Below are positions 19,729 to 31,195 of a stretch of DNA of 64,000 nucleotides, one piece after another (position 1 is the stretch's first letter; each line of letters begins with the position of its first letter). Source of the stretch: an uncultured Ruficoccus sp. (GTDB lineage Bacteria > Verrucomicrobiota > Verrucomicrobiia > Opitutales > Cerasicoccaceae); contig OZ223497.1 in the NCBI GenBank assembly GCA_965140785.1, positions 128,001-192,000 on the forward strand. Direction: 5' to 3'. Made by a program: the position numbers and the translations under genes. Below the pieces are notes generated by a model. That model saw only the letters and a list, made by a program, of their open reading frames with translations. It ran no database searches and had not been told where the DNA came from.

Positions 19729-20578
19729 ATGATGAGTCAATCTTCGGAAATGACGATCCGCGAGCTGCCCGGTCGCTGCTGTTTTTCCACACTGGGGTGC
19801 CCCCGAATCCTCTTTGGACGAAGCTCTCGTCTTAGCCGAAAATTGGGGCTTCGAGGGCGTTGAGCTGCGCGCCCTGGATGGCTCGATCGATTTAGTGGAA
19901 GCCCTGAGCCGGAGATATGGTGAGCCGCGAGAGTTGGCCGAGGCCATGCAGGGGAGGGCGATTCGCATTGCTGCGCTGGATGCTTCGCTGCATGTGCGTA
20001 ATCCGAAGCCGGAAGACCGCGAGGAACTACTGGCATTGGCTGGCTGGGCGGATGCATTGGGTGTTGAGCGTCTGCGTGTCTTTGATGGCGGACGGAACGA
20101 AACCACGCTGAGCACGGAAGCGCGCGATGATATGTTGAGCACGCTCGATTGGTGGCAACGGGAGCGTCAGAAGCTCGGGTTTCGTTGCGACCTGATGATC
20201 GAGACTCATTGGATATTAACGAATCCCGAGTACTGTCTTGAGCTGGTCAGGGCGGCATCCATGCCCGTGGCTATCCTGTGGGACAGTTTTCATACGTGGG
20301 CGCATGCTCCCGTCTCGCTGGAAGATACTTGGGCAATGCTGAATCCGTATATTTGCCATATTCATTTTCGGGATGGTTACCGGGATGAAAGTAAACCGGA
20401 AGGGGCGACCTATACCCTCCCGGGGCAAGGGGACTATCCGCTCGAAGCGCTTTTCACCCTTTTGAAGAAGGGCGGCTACGCCAACTGGTTTTCGCTGGAG
20501 TGGGAGTGGCTGTGGCACCCAGAGCTACCGTCACTGGAGGAGGCACTCGTTACGGGCCGTCAGCGCGGGCTGTGGTGA
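19729..20578 (+). CDS. Sugar-phosphate isomerase/epimerase (xylose-isomerase-like TIM barrel), +1 frameshift near 19800
   Basis: FSTLGCP and LDEAL...GFEGVELR join if one C of a C5 run is removed; IETH, WD..H, HIHFRD, SLEWE. Confidence 0.8.
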
Positions 20579-20582
20579 GCCA

Positions 20583-21342
20583 TTAGGATGACGCTGCACG
20601 GGCGGCGTCGCAGACGGCCGCTGCGTAGGCTGGCTCGAAGTCCGCGGGTGCGATATTCGTCGTGGGCGCGAAGATGCCGACCCGCCGCAATCACTTCGCG
20701 GTCCTCGTTGAAAACAGGCGCGGCCATGCCCAGTAAGCCCGGCCCGTACTCCTCCTTGTTCAAGGCATAACCACGCTCACGGATCACCGCCAATTCCTTA
20801 CGCAGGGCCTTGCTGCCTGTGATCGTTTTGTCCGTGTAGGTTTTCAGTCTGCGCTTGAGCGCCTGCTCCCCGCCTTCACCCCAGGAGAGAAAGACCTTGC
20901 CGGGGGCGGTGGCGTGCAGGTCATAGCTGACCCCGATCTCGCCCGTCACGGAGATAGGCTTTGTCCCCTTGACCACATGGATCATGAGCGCCTTGTTCTC
21001 ATGGGGCACGCACAGATAGGTCGATTCCCCCGTTTTCCGGTTCAGTTCCTTGAGGGCAGGGAGCGCCTGATCCAGCAGCGTAGTACGGTTACGGCTCCCG
21101 GCGAAAAACTGAAACGGTGCCAGCGTCAATTCGTACACCGGACTGGCCGCGTGCTGATCAACCCAGCCCAAGTCGGTCAGCGTCTCAAGGATGCGCAGGC
21201 ACATGTTTTTGGAAACATCAGCGCGTCGGGCGATCTCGCTCACCCCTAGGGGCTCGCTACTGTCCTTGATCACGCCGAGGACAGCGATGCTCTTACGCAA
21301 TGCCGTCACGTTGTATTCCTGCACGCTCTTCTTCGTCGCCAT
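20583..21342 (-). CDS. IclR-family regulator (+1 frameshift near 20681)
   Basis: LGVSEIARRADVSK HTH, HATAPGKVFL, IRERGYA; corrected C-terminus VGIFAP...AASS*. Confidence 0.85.
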
Positions 21343-21436
21343 GCCGTATTCATCCCACCGGCTTCCGTTTTATTCAATACATTTTGACGCGAAAAGGAAT
21401 GCTTAGGTAAGTGATTGTTGTTTTATATTTATATAT

Positions 21437-21456
21437 TTGTTTGACATGTAAAACAA
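21437..21456. promoter_or_regulatory. Probable IclR operator TTGTTTGACATGTAAAACAA
   Basis: 18/20 palindrome in the AT-rich divergent promoter between IclR and the aldolase operon. Confidence 0.6.
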
Positions 21457-21491
21457 TTGGGGCCAATAAACGCCCAACAAAACGAAACCCG

Positions 21492-22554
21492 ATGAGCACC
21501 CTAACCCCCGAAAAACTTAAGCTCCTGCGCCAGGGCTGCGTCATCCCCGCAGTCCCCCTGGCCCTGGATAATCAACGGAAATTTGACGCCGCCTCCCAGC
21601 AAAGACTGATGCGCTACTATGTGGATGCTGGGGCGGGCGGCGTGGCCGTGGGCATGCACTTTACGCAGTTCGAGATCCGCAACCCCGGCATAGACCTTTT
21701 CGAGCCCGTGCTGGCCGCCTGTGCCGAAGCCGCCGATCAGCAGGCTGCCAAGGACCGGACGCCCGATCCTGAAAATCGCGGGCATCAACGGCGGTACCGC
21801 GTCCGCCGTCAAGCAGGCCGAGATCGCCGCCGGGCTCGGGTACGACTTTGCCATCCCCTCCATGATGGCCCTCAAAGGAGCGCTCGACGAGGACATGCTT
21901 TACCACATGCGCAAGATCGCCGAGGTCATGCCGCTGTTTGGCTTTTACCTGCTCACGGGTGTGGGCGGCATCCACCTGCCGTACCGCTTCTGGCGCGGGT
22001 GATGGAGCTGGACAACATTTACGGCATCAAGATCGCGCCGTTCAACCGGTACTTCACGCTGGACGTCACCCGGGCGCTGGCCGAGTCGGGGCGCATGGAC
22101 GACATCACGCTCTACACCGGTAACGACGACAGCATCATCTACGACTTGGTCACCCCGCACCGTTACAAGGTCGGTGACGAGTTGCGCACCGTCCGCATCG
22201 TCGGCGGCCTTCTCGGACAGTGGGGATGCTGGACGAAGAAAGCGGTCGAGTTGCTGGAGACCTGTCAGGCCGTCGCCGCCGGCAAGCAGCCGATCACGCC
22301 CGAGCTGCTGACGCTTTCCGCCGAGATCACCGACGCCAACGCCGCGCTCTTCGACCCCGGTAACGGCTTCGCGGGTAGCATCCCCGGTGTCAACGAGGTG
22401 CTGCGCCGCCAGGGACTGATGCAGAACGCCCTCACCCTGAAGCCCAACGAGGTGTTGTCCCCGGGGCAGACCACTGAGATCGACCGCGTCCTGACCGCCT
22501 ACCCACAACCTGCAGGACGACGACTTTATCCGCGCCAACCTCAAGAACTGGTAG
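21492..22554 (+). CDS. DapA/DHDPS-family (class I aldolase-like) protein, three single-base frameshifts (~21751, ~21998, ~22505)
   Basis: VIPAVPLAL, YYVDAGAGGVAVGMHFTQFEIR, GIKIAPFNRYFTLDV, LYTGNDD, GGLLGQW spread over shifted frames. Confidence 0.8.
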
Positions 22555-22560
22555 TCTTTT

Positions 22561-23616
22561 ATGAATACAACGATGGATGTTTTGGACCCCACGGCTTTGC
22601 CGGAATACATAACCACCGAGGAGCAGCTCGAAGACCTGCTCTCGACCCCCGACCAGGGCCTGATCGACGACTTCGCGAAGCTCGAAGGCGACATCATGGT
22701 GCTCGGCGTCGGCGGTAAAGTCGGCCCCACGCTTGCCCGCATGGCCAAGCGTGCCGCCCCGCATAAACGTGTCATCGGCGTGGCCCGCTTCTCCGACCCG
22801 GAGGTCAAGCAACGCCTCGAGAGCTGGGGCGTGGAAACGCACTCCGCCAATCTCCTCGACCTCGATTCGGTCAAAGCTCTGCCCAAGGTAAAGAACATTG
22901 TCTTTATGGCGGGGAAGAAGTTCGGCACCGTCGGCGACGAGCCCTACACCTGGGCCATGAACGCCGTGGCTCCGGCCCTGCTCGGCGAAACCCTGCACGA
23001 GAACCGCTTCGTCGCCTTTTCGACCCTGTGCGTTTATCCCTTTTCCAATCTCAACGGCCCCGGCAGCCAGCCCGACAAGGACCGGCCCACACCGCTGGGC
23101 GAGTACGCCAACTCCTGCGTCGCCCGCGAGCGCGTGTTCCAGTACTACTCGGAGCGCAGCAACAGCCCCGGCCGCTTAGCCCGGCTCAACTACGCCATCG
23201 ACCTGCGCTACGGCGCGATCCACGACATCGGTCTGTGGGTTTATAATCGCCAGCCCATCGACATCCGCACGGCGGTCGCCAACTGCATCTGGCAGGGTGA
23301 GTCCACCAGTCACATTTTGCGCTGCCTGTGTCATGGCACGATCCCGGCGACGGCCATTAACATCGGTAAGGAACGACCGGCCGTCGTCCGGGAGGTCGCC
23401 AACAAGTTCGGCGAAATCTTCGGCATCGAGCCCATCTTCGAGGGCGAGGAAACGGACACCGCCTGGTACAACGACACCTCCGAGGCCATCGGCCTGTTTG
23501 GCCCCACCCAGATCGACATCGACACCATGATCCGCTGGAACGCCTGGTGGCTGCAAAACGGCGGCGTCCTTCACAACAAGCCCACGCACTACGAAGAACG
23601 TGCGGGCTCATTTTAA
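22561..23616 (+). CDS. NAD-dependent epimerase/dehydratase family
   Basis: LGVGGKVG, MAGKKFG, GEYANSC..RER, RLNYAIDLRYG. Confidence 0.85.
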   Translation: MNTTMDVLDPTALPEYITTEEQLEDLLSTPDQGLIDDFAKLEGDIMVLGVGGKVGPTLARMAKRAAPHKRVIGVARFSDPEVKQRLESWGVETHSANLLDLDSVKALPKVKNIVFMAGKKFGTVGDEPYTWAMNAVAPALLGETLHENRFVAFSTLCVYPFSNLNGPGSQPDKDRPTPLGEYANSCVARERVFQYYSERSNSPGRLARLNYAIDLRYGAIHDIGLWVYNRQPIDIRTAVANCIWQGESTSHILRCLCHGTIPATAINIGKERPAVVREVANKFGEIFGIEPIFEGEETDTAWYNDTSEAIGLFGPTQIDIDTMIRWNAWWLQNGGVLHNKPTHYEERAGSF

Positions 23617-23635
23617 TCCTGACTCAAAACACCGC

Positions 23636-25133
23636 ATGTCCTCACCCGACACTTTCCACCGAGATACTCACCCTTCAAAACCTGATCGGCGGCCAGCTCG
23701 TCGAGAGCACCGGCAGCGACTTCAGCGCGGTCAACAACCCCTCGCACGGGGTTCAGATCGCGCGGACACCGCACTCGACGGCGTCCGATGTCGATCAGGC
23801 TGTGGCCGCCGCCAAGGAAGCGTTCCCGGTCTGGAAAGCGACGTCGGTTCTTAAGCGTGCCTCCGTCATGTTCCGCTATAAGGAACTGCTGGAGCAGCAT
23901 TTCAACGAGCTGGTCACGCTCGTCACCCGTGAAAACGGTAAGACCATCCCCGAGTCGCAGGGGGACGTCCGCCGCGGGATCGAGGTCGTCGAGCTGGCCA
24001 GTGGTATTGCCAACCTTCTCAAGGGGGGACGCCTGCCCAATATCGCGGGCAGTATCGACGGCGAAACCAGCCGCGAGGCCATCGGTGTCTGCGCCGGGAT
24101 CACGCCGTTCAACTTCCCCGCCATGGTGCCGATGTGGATGTTCCCGGTCGCCATCGCCTGCGGCAACACCTTCGTTCTCAAACCCAGCGAAAAGACCCCG
24201 CTGACCGCCATGCGTCTGGCCGAGCTGGCCAGCGAAGCCGGGCTGCCGGACGGTGTGCTCAATGTGGTCAACGGCGCGCAGGAAGCCGTCGAGCGCCTCT
24301 GTACCCACCCGGACATCGCGGCGGTGAGTTTCGTCGGCTCGACCAAGGTAGCTGAGATTGTTTACCGCACAGCCAGCCATGCCGGCAAGCGTGTGCAGTC
24401 TGCTGGGGGCGCGAAAAACGCCATGGTCGTCATGCCTGACGCCGACCTCGACTCCACCGTTCGCGCGATCATCGGGGCGGCCTACGGCTGCGCCGGGCAG
24501 CGCTGCATGGCGGGCTCGACCGTCCTGGCGGTGGGTCCTATCGCCGCCGAGTTGGTTGCCCGCCTCAAGACCGCCATTGACGCCATTACGCTTCAACCCA
24601 CTGACGAGCATACCGATGCCGGGATGGGCGCTGTGATCGACGCAGCCGCCCGCGAACGCCTACTCAAGACCATTGATCAGATCGAGGCCGATGGCCTTGC
24701 CCTGGTGGCCGACGGGCGCAAAAATCTCCCCGCGGACGGTTACTTCGTCGGCCCGACACTTGTCGATGGCGTCACCGTCGAGCAGGACATTGCCCAAACC
24801 GAGCTTTTCGGACCGGTTCTGACCTTGGGCCGGGTACACTCGCTGCCGGAGGCCATCGACTGGGCCAACAGCACCGGCTACGGCAACGGCGCGGTCATCT
24901 TCACCAAGGACGGCGGCTCCGCCCGCTATTTCAAGGAGCATGTCCAGTGCGGCATGATCGGTGTCAACGTCGGCGTCCCCGCGCCCATGGCAGCTTTTTC
25001 CTTCTCCGGCTGGAACCGCTCCTTCTTCGGAGACCTGCACGTGCAGGGCGAAGAAGGCATGTACTTCTACACCCGCCAGCAGGTCAGCTTCACGCGTTGG
25101 GACGACGAGTACGTACGTACCCAGGGCTGGTAA
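23636..25133 (+). CDS. mmsA: CoA-acylating (methyl)malonate-semialdehyde dehydrogenase (probable +1 indel near 23646)
   Basis: ITPFNFPAMVPMWM, LKPSEK, SFVGST, GGAKN, GQRCMA, ELFGPV, FGDLH. Confidence 0.85.
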
Positions 25134-25153
25134 CCCTTACCCCCGGTTCCCCC

Positions 25154-26321
25154 ATGTCCCAGATCCATCGTTTCGACTCGGCCAGCGCCATCCTCCACGG
25201 GGGTGGCGCTCGCCATCAAGTAGGCTCCTTGGCCAAAGAACTCGGAGGCTGCCGCGCTCTCATCGTGACCGATCCCGGCGTTATCGCGCTCGGCTTTGCC
25301 AATGAGGTCGCCGACTCGCTCAAACAAGCGGGCGTGGCCTCGGCCATTTTTTCCGAGGTTCAGGCCGACCCGACCAGGCAGAACGTGATGGATGGCTTTG
25401 ATGCCCTGAAGGAACATGGCTGCGACCTGGTCGTCGCGCTCGGGGGCGGCTCCCCCCATCGACACCGCCAAGGTCATTTCCATCCTTCCGAGCAACGATA
25501 CGGATATCGCGAACTTCGCGGGGCTGCATAAAATCGCCAACAGCGGATTGCCACTCATTGCCATCCCGACCACGGCTGGCACGGGAAGCGAGTTGACCAA
25601 GGTCGCCGTCATCACCGACACCGAGCGGGACGTCAAGATGATGATGCTCAGCGCACCGCTCCAGCCGCGAGCCGCGATCCAGGACTTTGAACTGACTCTG
25701 ACCATGCCCCCGGCCCTGACGGCCGCCGTCGGCGTGGACACCTTTACCCACGGGCTGGAGGCGTACGTCTCCCGCAAGGCCAATGCCATGAGTGATCCGC
25801 TGGCTCTGTCCTGTGTCGGCCTGGTTGGCAAATACCTGCGCCGCGCCTACACCGATCCCGCCGACCGTGAAGCCCGCGAGGCCATGATGGTTGCCTCCGG
25901 ACAGGGTGGTATAGCTTTTTCCAACAGCAGCGTCTGCCTTGTTCACGGCATGAGCCGTCCCATCGGCGCAGTCTTCCATGTGCCGCACGGCCTCTCCAAT
26001 GCCATGCTCTTGCCCGCAGTGACACGCTTTTCCACCTCGGGGGCTCCGGGGCGCTATGCCGAGGTCGCCCGCGTACTTGGGATAGCCGAGCGCGACCAGG
26101 ATGACGGCTATGCCTGCGATGCGCTCTGCGACTGGCTTGAAGCCTTGAACAACGACTTAAAGATCATGCGCCTGTCCGAATGGCGCGACGCCTCCGCCGA
26201 AAAATTTCATCAGCTCAAGGCCAAGATGGCACAGGACGCCCTCGATTCGGGCTCACCCGCCAACAATCCAAAGGTCCCCACAGCGGAGGAAATCGAAGAC
26301 CTTTACGAAAAAGTCTGGTAA
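25154..26321 (+). CDS. Iron-containing alcohol dehydrogenase (+1 frameshift in the C6 run near 25452)
   Basis: GGGS(P)IDTAK, AIPTTAGTGSE, DTFTHGLEAY, HGMS...HVPHG. Confidence 0.85.
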
Positions 26322-26361
26322 AGCCCCGGGCCACCGGCACAGGTTTTATGGCGAAACAAGC

Positions 26362-27255
26362 ATGAATAAGAATTACGTTTCCCTGTCCATCGTTCCGGCA
26401 TCCGACTTTCACCTTGATGGTGGCGCTATGTTCGGCATTGTGCCGAAGCCCCTTTGGGAGAAGACGCATTCCACGGATGCGCTGAACCGTATCAGGCTGA
26501 CCACGACGAGCCTGCTCTGGCGTCGGCAGGAGCGGTGGGTGCTGATCGATCCCGGAATCGGATCTGCCTGGGATGAGACTTTCCTGGGCCGCTATGGAGT
26601 CCGTGTGAAAGACGGTGAGTTTCTCCAGGCGCTCGAGTGGGAGGGGCTGTCATGTGATGCCATTACCGATGTATTTCTGACGCATCTGCACTTCGATCAT
26701 GTGGGCGGCTGCTTTTATCGGGATGAAGCGGGCGAGCTCAGGCTGCGTTTCCCGAACGCGGTGCATCATGTTTCCCGGCGTCAATGGAAATGGGCGAACG
26801 AACCGAGCGCCAAAGATCAAGCCAGCTACATCAAAGACCATCTGGACCTGCTGGCCTCATCGCAATGCATGCAGTTGCATGAAGGGGAATGGTCGCTGCT
26901 GCCCGGATTCGATGCTTTCGAGGTGGATGGTCATACCCGTGGCCAGCAGCTTTGCCGCATCCGTATGGGAGGTCGGACTTGGGTGTATGGCGGAGACTTG
27001 TTCGCGCTGGCCGATCACTTGAGGCTCGCCTGGGTGATGGCCTATGACATTGAACCGCTGAAGACGCTGACGGCAAAAGAAACGGTGCTGAAGGAGCATC
27101 TGTCCGCAGGTGAATGGCTCATCCTTGGACACGATGTCAACGTTGTGGCAGGGCAGATCAAGCACACGGGGCGACATCCCGAACTTGTCAACCGGATTAC
27201 ATCGACAGCTAGTCCTCAGTTGCTGGAATCCGGGGTCATTGAAGACGCTTTTTAG
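26362..27255 (+). CDS. MBL-fold metallo-hydrolase
   Basis: LDGGAMFG, THLHFDHVGG, GHT.G, GD, GHD. Confidence 0.85.
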   Translation: MNKNYVSLSIVPASDFHLDGGAMFGIVPKPLWEKTHSTDALNRIRLTTTSLLWRRQERWVLIDPGIGSAWDETFLGRYGVRVKDGEFLQALEWEGLSCDAITDVFLTHLHFDHVGGCFYRDEAGELRLRFPNAVHHVSRRQWKWANEPSAKDQASYIKDHLDLLASSQCMQLHEGEWSLLPGFDAFEVDGHTRGQQLCRIRMGGRTWVYGGDLFALADHLRLAWVMAYDIEPLKTLTAKETVLKEHLSAGEWLILGHDVNVVAGQIKHTGRHPELVNRITSTASPQLLESGVIEDAF

Positions 27256-27339
27256 ACTCAGGCCCGGGGCGTTGCGCAACAGTTATCGCCAAGCTTCAAT
27301 TGCAGTTTCTCCCTCATCGGCCAAGATGAGATCCATACA

Positions 27340-27975
27340 ATGCCCCGTTACCCCAAAGGCTTCAGCTTAATAGAATTACTGACTGTGATCGCCGTTATCG
27401 CTGTTTTGTCCGGCTTGGTGCTAGTTGGCCTGAGTAAGATACGACAGCGTAGTGACCGCATCGCGACAGCGGCGAGTTTACGTTCGGTCGGGGTCGCGAT
27501 ACAGTGTTACGTCAGCGAGCAGAGGGGGGAATTGCCGGGGCCTCTTTATTATTCCCAAGGGCCACGCTATAAGAAGAACGTGCTCGGATCTCTGGGCTAC
27601 TACCTCTGGAGCTATCTTGGGAGTCCGGCTCCCACCTCGTCCTGGCAAGTCTGCGAAGCCATTACGAATCCGGGCTATCTCCGGAGCCGTCCCTCGGAAA
27701 CCAGCCCGGTGTATCTCGTCCAGCGAAGCGTACGGCTGCCCGGACAGTCGGGGGTGTCGCCCTTCGGCTATCCCGACCGGGATGACCCGTTGAGGATGAG
27801 TACGTTGACGGAGTTTGATCTGCGCGAGGAGTGGGCTCTGCAGGATCTGGATCAGCAAAGTCCTGACGTGGCTACTTGGGATAAAAGTAATTTCGTCAGT
27901 GAGCCGATCCATGGTGACGTGCGCATGACGCTTTTCTTCGACTGGCATGTCGAGGCCGTTCCTATCGAGAACTGA
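27340..27975 (+). CDS. Prepilin-type N-terminal + H-X9-D(W) protein (module B)
   Basis: GFSLIELLTVIAVIAVL; HGDVRMTLFFDWHVE. Confidence 0.9.
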   Translation: MPRYPKGFSLIELLTVIAVIAVLSGLVLVGLSKIRQRSDRIATAASLRSVGVAIQCYVSEQRGELPGPLYYSQGPRYKKNVLGSLGYYLWSYLGSPAPTSSWQVCEAITNPGYLRSRPSETSPVYLVQRSVRLPGQSGVSPFGYPDRDDPLRMSTLTEFDLREEWALQDLDQQSPDVATWDKSNFVSEPIHGDVRMTLFFDWHVEAVPIEN

Positions 27976-28044
27976 GTTGTCTTTGAATTGGATGGCTCGT
28001 GAATCCCACCGCCCGACGGACTCTTCTGAATACCCTTTTATTCG

Positions 28045-30690
28045 ATGATAAATAGACGCAGTTATCTCCTGAAAGCTTCCCTGTTCGCTTCATGCATGGT
28101 GGGCGCATTTGCCCAAAGCATGAACTACCCCATGAAGCATGTACGATACACGCCCGCCGACGCTGAGGAAGGCGGGGAGGTGCTGGCGATCAGCCAGCCG
28201 GTAACGAATGTCGCGACAGGGCGCTGGAACACGGTTATCGTTCGATCACCGGAGGACATCGCTTACCGACCGGAGCTGGTCCTCCGGGGCGAGGCGGAGG
28301 TGAGTGCGAATACGCGTCCGACTCACCTGGGCCTCCTGCTGGTCTGCGAGGGCGGGGAAGAGGGGTTCGCTCGGGTTCCAGTCGAGGCCGATGGGACCGT
28401 GACTTTCGAGGTGCCCGCGTCCGCATTCGTTCCTGGATCGAACTCGGCAAACGGCGCACCGCTTTCGTCTGCAAGTTCCATCGACGAGATCCGTATCTAC
28501 GCGAGTTTCTCTACTCCGGTGACATCCACCTTCACACTAAATTCTTTTACCATGAAGTACGATAACGATTGGAGTCCCCTCGAAGCGTCCAAGCGCAGGC
28601 ATGCGCACTTGTTGGAGGGGGATATGGAAATCCCGTCACTTTGGGCGGATGTGCATCCGCGTCTCTATGCCAGTGCTGCGGAGCTGGATGAGACCGCCGG
28701 GCGTTATCAGACGGACCCCGCCTTTTTCAGTGCGGTTTTACCGGCAGTTGACGGGCCGGAGATGACCGGGGAGGTCGTCCCCTTCGACGAAGGCGTGAGC
28801 GCACAGCGTAACGCCATCGCTTTGGCCAAGCTAGCTGTCGCCTATCGCGTGACCGGCGATGAGGCATATCTTGCGCGTATCCGTGAATGGATACCGACCA
28901 TGCAGAGCTACGAACCACCTGCCATGGGCTCGATCGGTGACTCCGTCGGGCTGACGGCGGGGCATATTCTCCTGGGGTGCTCCATTGCCTACGATGTCCT
29001 GGCCGGGCAGGGGGATCCTGAATTGGAGCAGGTATTGCTGGATGTGATTCTGAAGCAGGGTCAGCGGACGTTTGAGGATATCGTCTCTTTGCCGAGTTTT
29101 CCCTATGAGCAGAATCACTTGATCATTCCGGTGTGTGGCCTGTCTGTGGCCTCGATGACAGTGGCCGACAGCTATCCTGAGACGGAAGAGTGGGGTGTGC
29201 TGACTGGGAACATGATGGACCGTACGCTCGACGCCATTGCTCATGACGGCTGGTTCTTTGAGGGCATGTGGTACTGGAACTACACCATGCAGTTCCCCGT
29301 CGCCTATGCGGTGGCCAGGGAGCGGATATTGGGGGATTCTGTTCTCGACGCGCCGTGTTTTGAGAAAGCGCCCGCTTATCTCGCGCATATGACGCTCCCG
29401 GATGCGAGTTTTGTCTTCGACTTTGCCGACTGGGGGCCGCGAGTGGAACCGGATGGGGTCGGCTTTCAGAAGGGTTATGACTGGCCCTGGCATACGCTGC
29501 CTACCCGCGTGAAGAAATTTATCCCCTTGCTCTTATTGAAAGAAGCCCCGGACAACACGTTCCTGCGCGACTATATCGCCTGGACCTCTTCCGGTAAAGG
29601 GAGCATGACGGGGATTCATACCATCGACGCCGTTTTCGAGATGCTTTCGCCGTCGCCGGCTTACGGTGACAAGACACATATGGACCCGACGTATCCGGAT
29701 TATCCGCCCTACCATTATTTTCCGGACATGGAGGTCGTGCACTGGCGCAATAATTGGGAAGATGCCGCTGCGACCGCGCTGGCATTTAAGTCGGGTCCTC
29801 CGGCTGGCCATCACTTCGGCGAGCTGCTGGCGGAAAACCCGGATTGGAAGCCCAGCCTGGGGCATGCCCATCCCGATGCCGGTTCGTTCATTCTGTTCGG
29901 ACAGGGAGTTTTTCTCGCTAATGATGCCGGTTATACCGGAGCCAAGGAAACGGCCAACCACAACTCTATCCTTGTCGATGGTGTTGGGCAGCACAAGGGC
30001 GGGACACCCTGGCGGACATTCGAGGGCAAGCCTTACGCGGAGTATGACCAGATCCGCATGGAGAATGTCTGGATGGAGCCGAGAGTCGTCGCGGCGACCG
30101 CTGTGTACGAAGCGGCTTACGATGATGCCATGGAGCTTGAGCAGATGCGCCGTCATCTCATCCTGATCGACGGACGCTTTCTGGTTATTCTGGACGAGTT
30201 GTCCTCCGCCCTGCCGCACGAGTACGAGTGGCGCTGGCATTCCGACCAACCGGCGCAAGCCTATGAGGACGATCGCTACGTTATGACCAATGGGACGGGT
30301 CGGCTGGTCATTAAATCGCTGAACGAGGTCGCGCAGGCACAGGTGGCTCCGACTGTTGTTGAAACCAGCCTTTTCGACGCAAATCTGAGCCGACTCCAGC
30401 AGCGTGGGTATCACCTCTCGCTGACATCACCGAGGCAGCAGGATTTCGAGTTTTTGACCGTGGCCTGTATTCAAGCATCCTCGGAACAGCCGGAAGCCTT
30501 TCAGGTCCTCGAGCATACCGATCGAATGGTTAAGATGACCGACGGTGACAAGGTGTGCACGGTCTGGTTTGCGGGTGTGGAGGGACGGACTGATGCCTTT
30601 GCCTATCAGCTGTGCGATAGCACGGGGCAGGTGGAGGCTTCCGGCTCTTCGGGACAGATGGTTCCGGCTACGGGTTCGACTTCTGATTAG
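28045..30690 (+). CDS. Heparinase II/III-like polysaccharide lyase (secreted)
   Basis: Signal peptide, HPRL, QNH, DGW..EG..YW.Y, HAHPDAGSF, HNSILVDGVGQ. Confidence 0.75.
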   Translation: MINRRSYLLKASLFASCMVGAFAQSMNYPMKHVRYTPADAEEGGEVLAISQPVTNVATGRWNTVIVRSPEDIAYRPELVLRGEAEVSANTRPTHLGLLLVCEGGEEGFARVPVEADGTVTFEVPASAFVPGSNSANGAPLSSASSIDEIRIYASFSTPVTSTFTLNSFTMKYDNDWSPLEASKRRHAHLLEGDMEIPSLWADVHPRLYASAAELDETAGRYQTDPAFFSAVLPAVDGPEMTGEVVPFDEGVSAQRNAIALAKLAVAYRVTGDEAYLARIREWIPTMQSYEPPAMGSIGDSVGLTAGHILLGCSIAYDVLAGQGDPELEQVLLDVILKQGQRTFEDIVSLPSFPYEQNHLIIPVCGLSVASMTVADSYPETEEWGVLTGNMMDRTLDAIAHDGWFFEGMWYWNYTMQFPVAYAVARERILGDSVLDAPCFEKAPAYLAHMTLPDASFVFDFADWGPRVEPDGVGFQKGYDWPWHTLPTRVKKFIPLLLLKEAPDNTFLRDYIAWTSSGKGSMTGIHTIDAVFEMLSPSPAYGDKTHMDPTYPDYPPYHYFPDMEVVHWRNNWEDAAATALAFKSGPPAGHHFGELLAENPDWKPSLGHAHPDAGSFILFGQGVFLANDAGYTGAKETANHNSILVDGVGQHKGGTPWRTFEGKPYAEYDQIRMENVWMEPRVVAATAVYEAAYDDAMELEQMRRHLILIDGRFLVILDELSSALPHEYEWRWHSDQPAQAYEDDRYVMTNGTGRLVIKSLNEVAQAQVAPTVVETSLFDANLSRLQQRGYHLSLTSPRQQDFEFLTVACIQASSEQPEAFQVLEHTDRMVKMTDGDKVCTVWFAGVEGRTDAFAYQLCDSTGQVEASGSSGQMVPATGSTSD

Positions 30691-30893
30691 GCGTTGTTGG
30701 CACGGTCTGAGCCGTCGGTGAGAAATACCTAGGGCATTTATCCCGGGCCGTGATGCTTTGCTCCATTGGGTCTAACGCTAACGATCGACGGGGCAGGCCA
30801 TCCTCCCGGGCGGTGTTCTATCGCGCACAGCCTTGCATATTTGGCAGGAAGGGTTCGGGCCTTGTATAGTCGAGGCATGTGCGACTGGCACCG

Positions 30894-30937
30894 CTTCGGT
30901 GCGGCGAATCTCTTCGGTGCGGCGAAACTCTTCGGTG
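30894..30937. repeat. 18-nt tandem repeat (about 2.4 copies)
   Basis: CTTCGGTGCGGCGAATCT / CTTCGGTGCGGCGAAACT / CTTCGGTG. Confidence 0.8.
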
Positions 30938-31195
30938 ACGCCTATGCCTGCGCCCGAATGTGTACCGCTCTCCCTGGTGCATCGGGTATGCAAGGCCGTC
31001 CGAGAGCTTGCGGTGTGAGGCTATTCGTGTTGGAGGTAGTCTCGGCGATGATGCCTCACGGGCAAAGACTTTGAGGCGAATCCGACTGTAACTGGGACGG
31101 CAGGGCTGTAGGGGCTGGCTGAATGGCTTTTCTCTCTGCCCTGGGAGGTTAAGCTCTCCCTGGCATTCGTTATTAAGCCAGGTATGACCACGAGC

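Noticed and set aside
21492..22554. Programmed frameshifting in the aldolase operon
   Set aside because: No canonical slippery heptamers; several independent indels in short runs are better explained by sequencing error
30894..30937. Mini-CRISPR or functional repeat
   Set aside because: Simple 18-nt tandem duplication without spacers in a degenerate intergenic region
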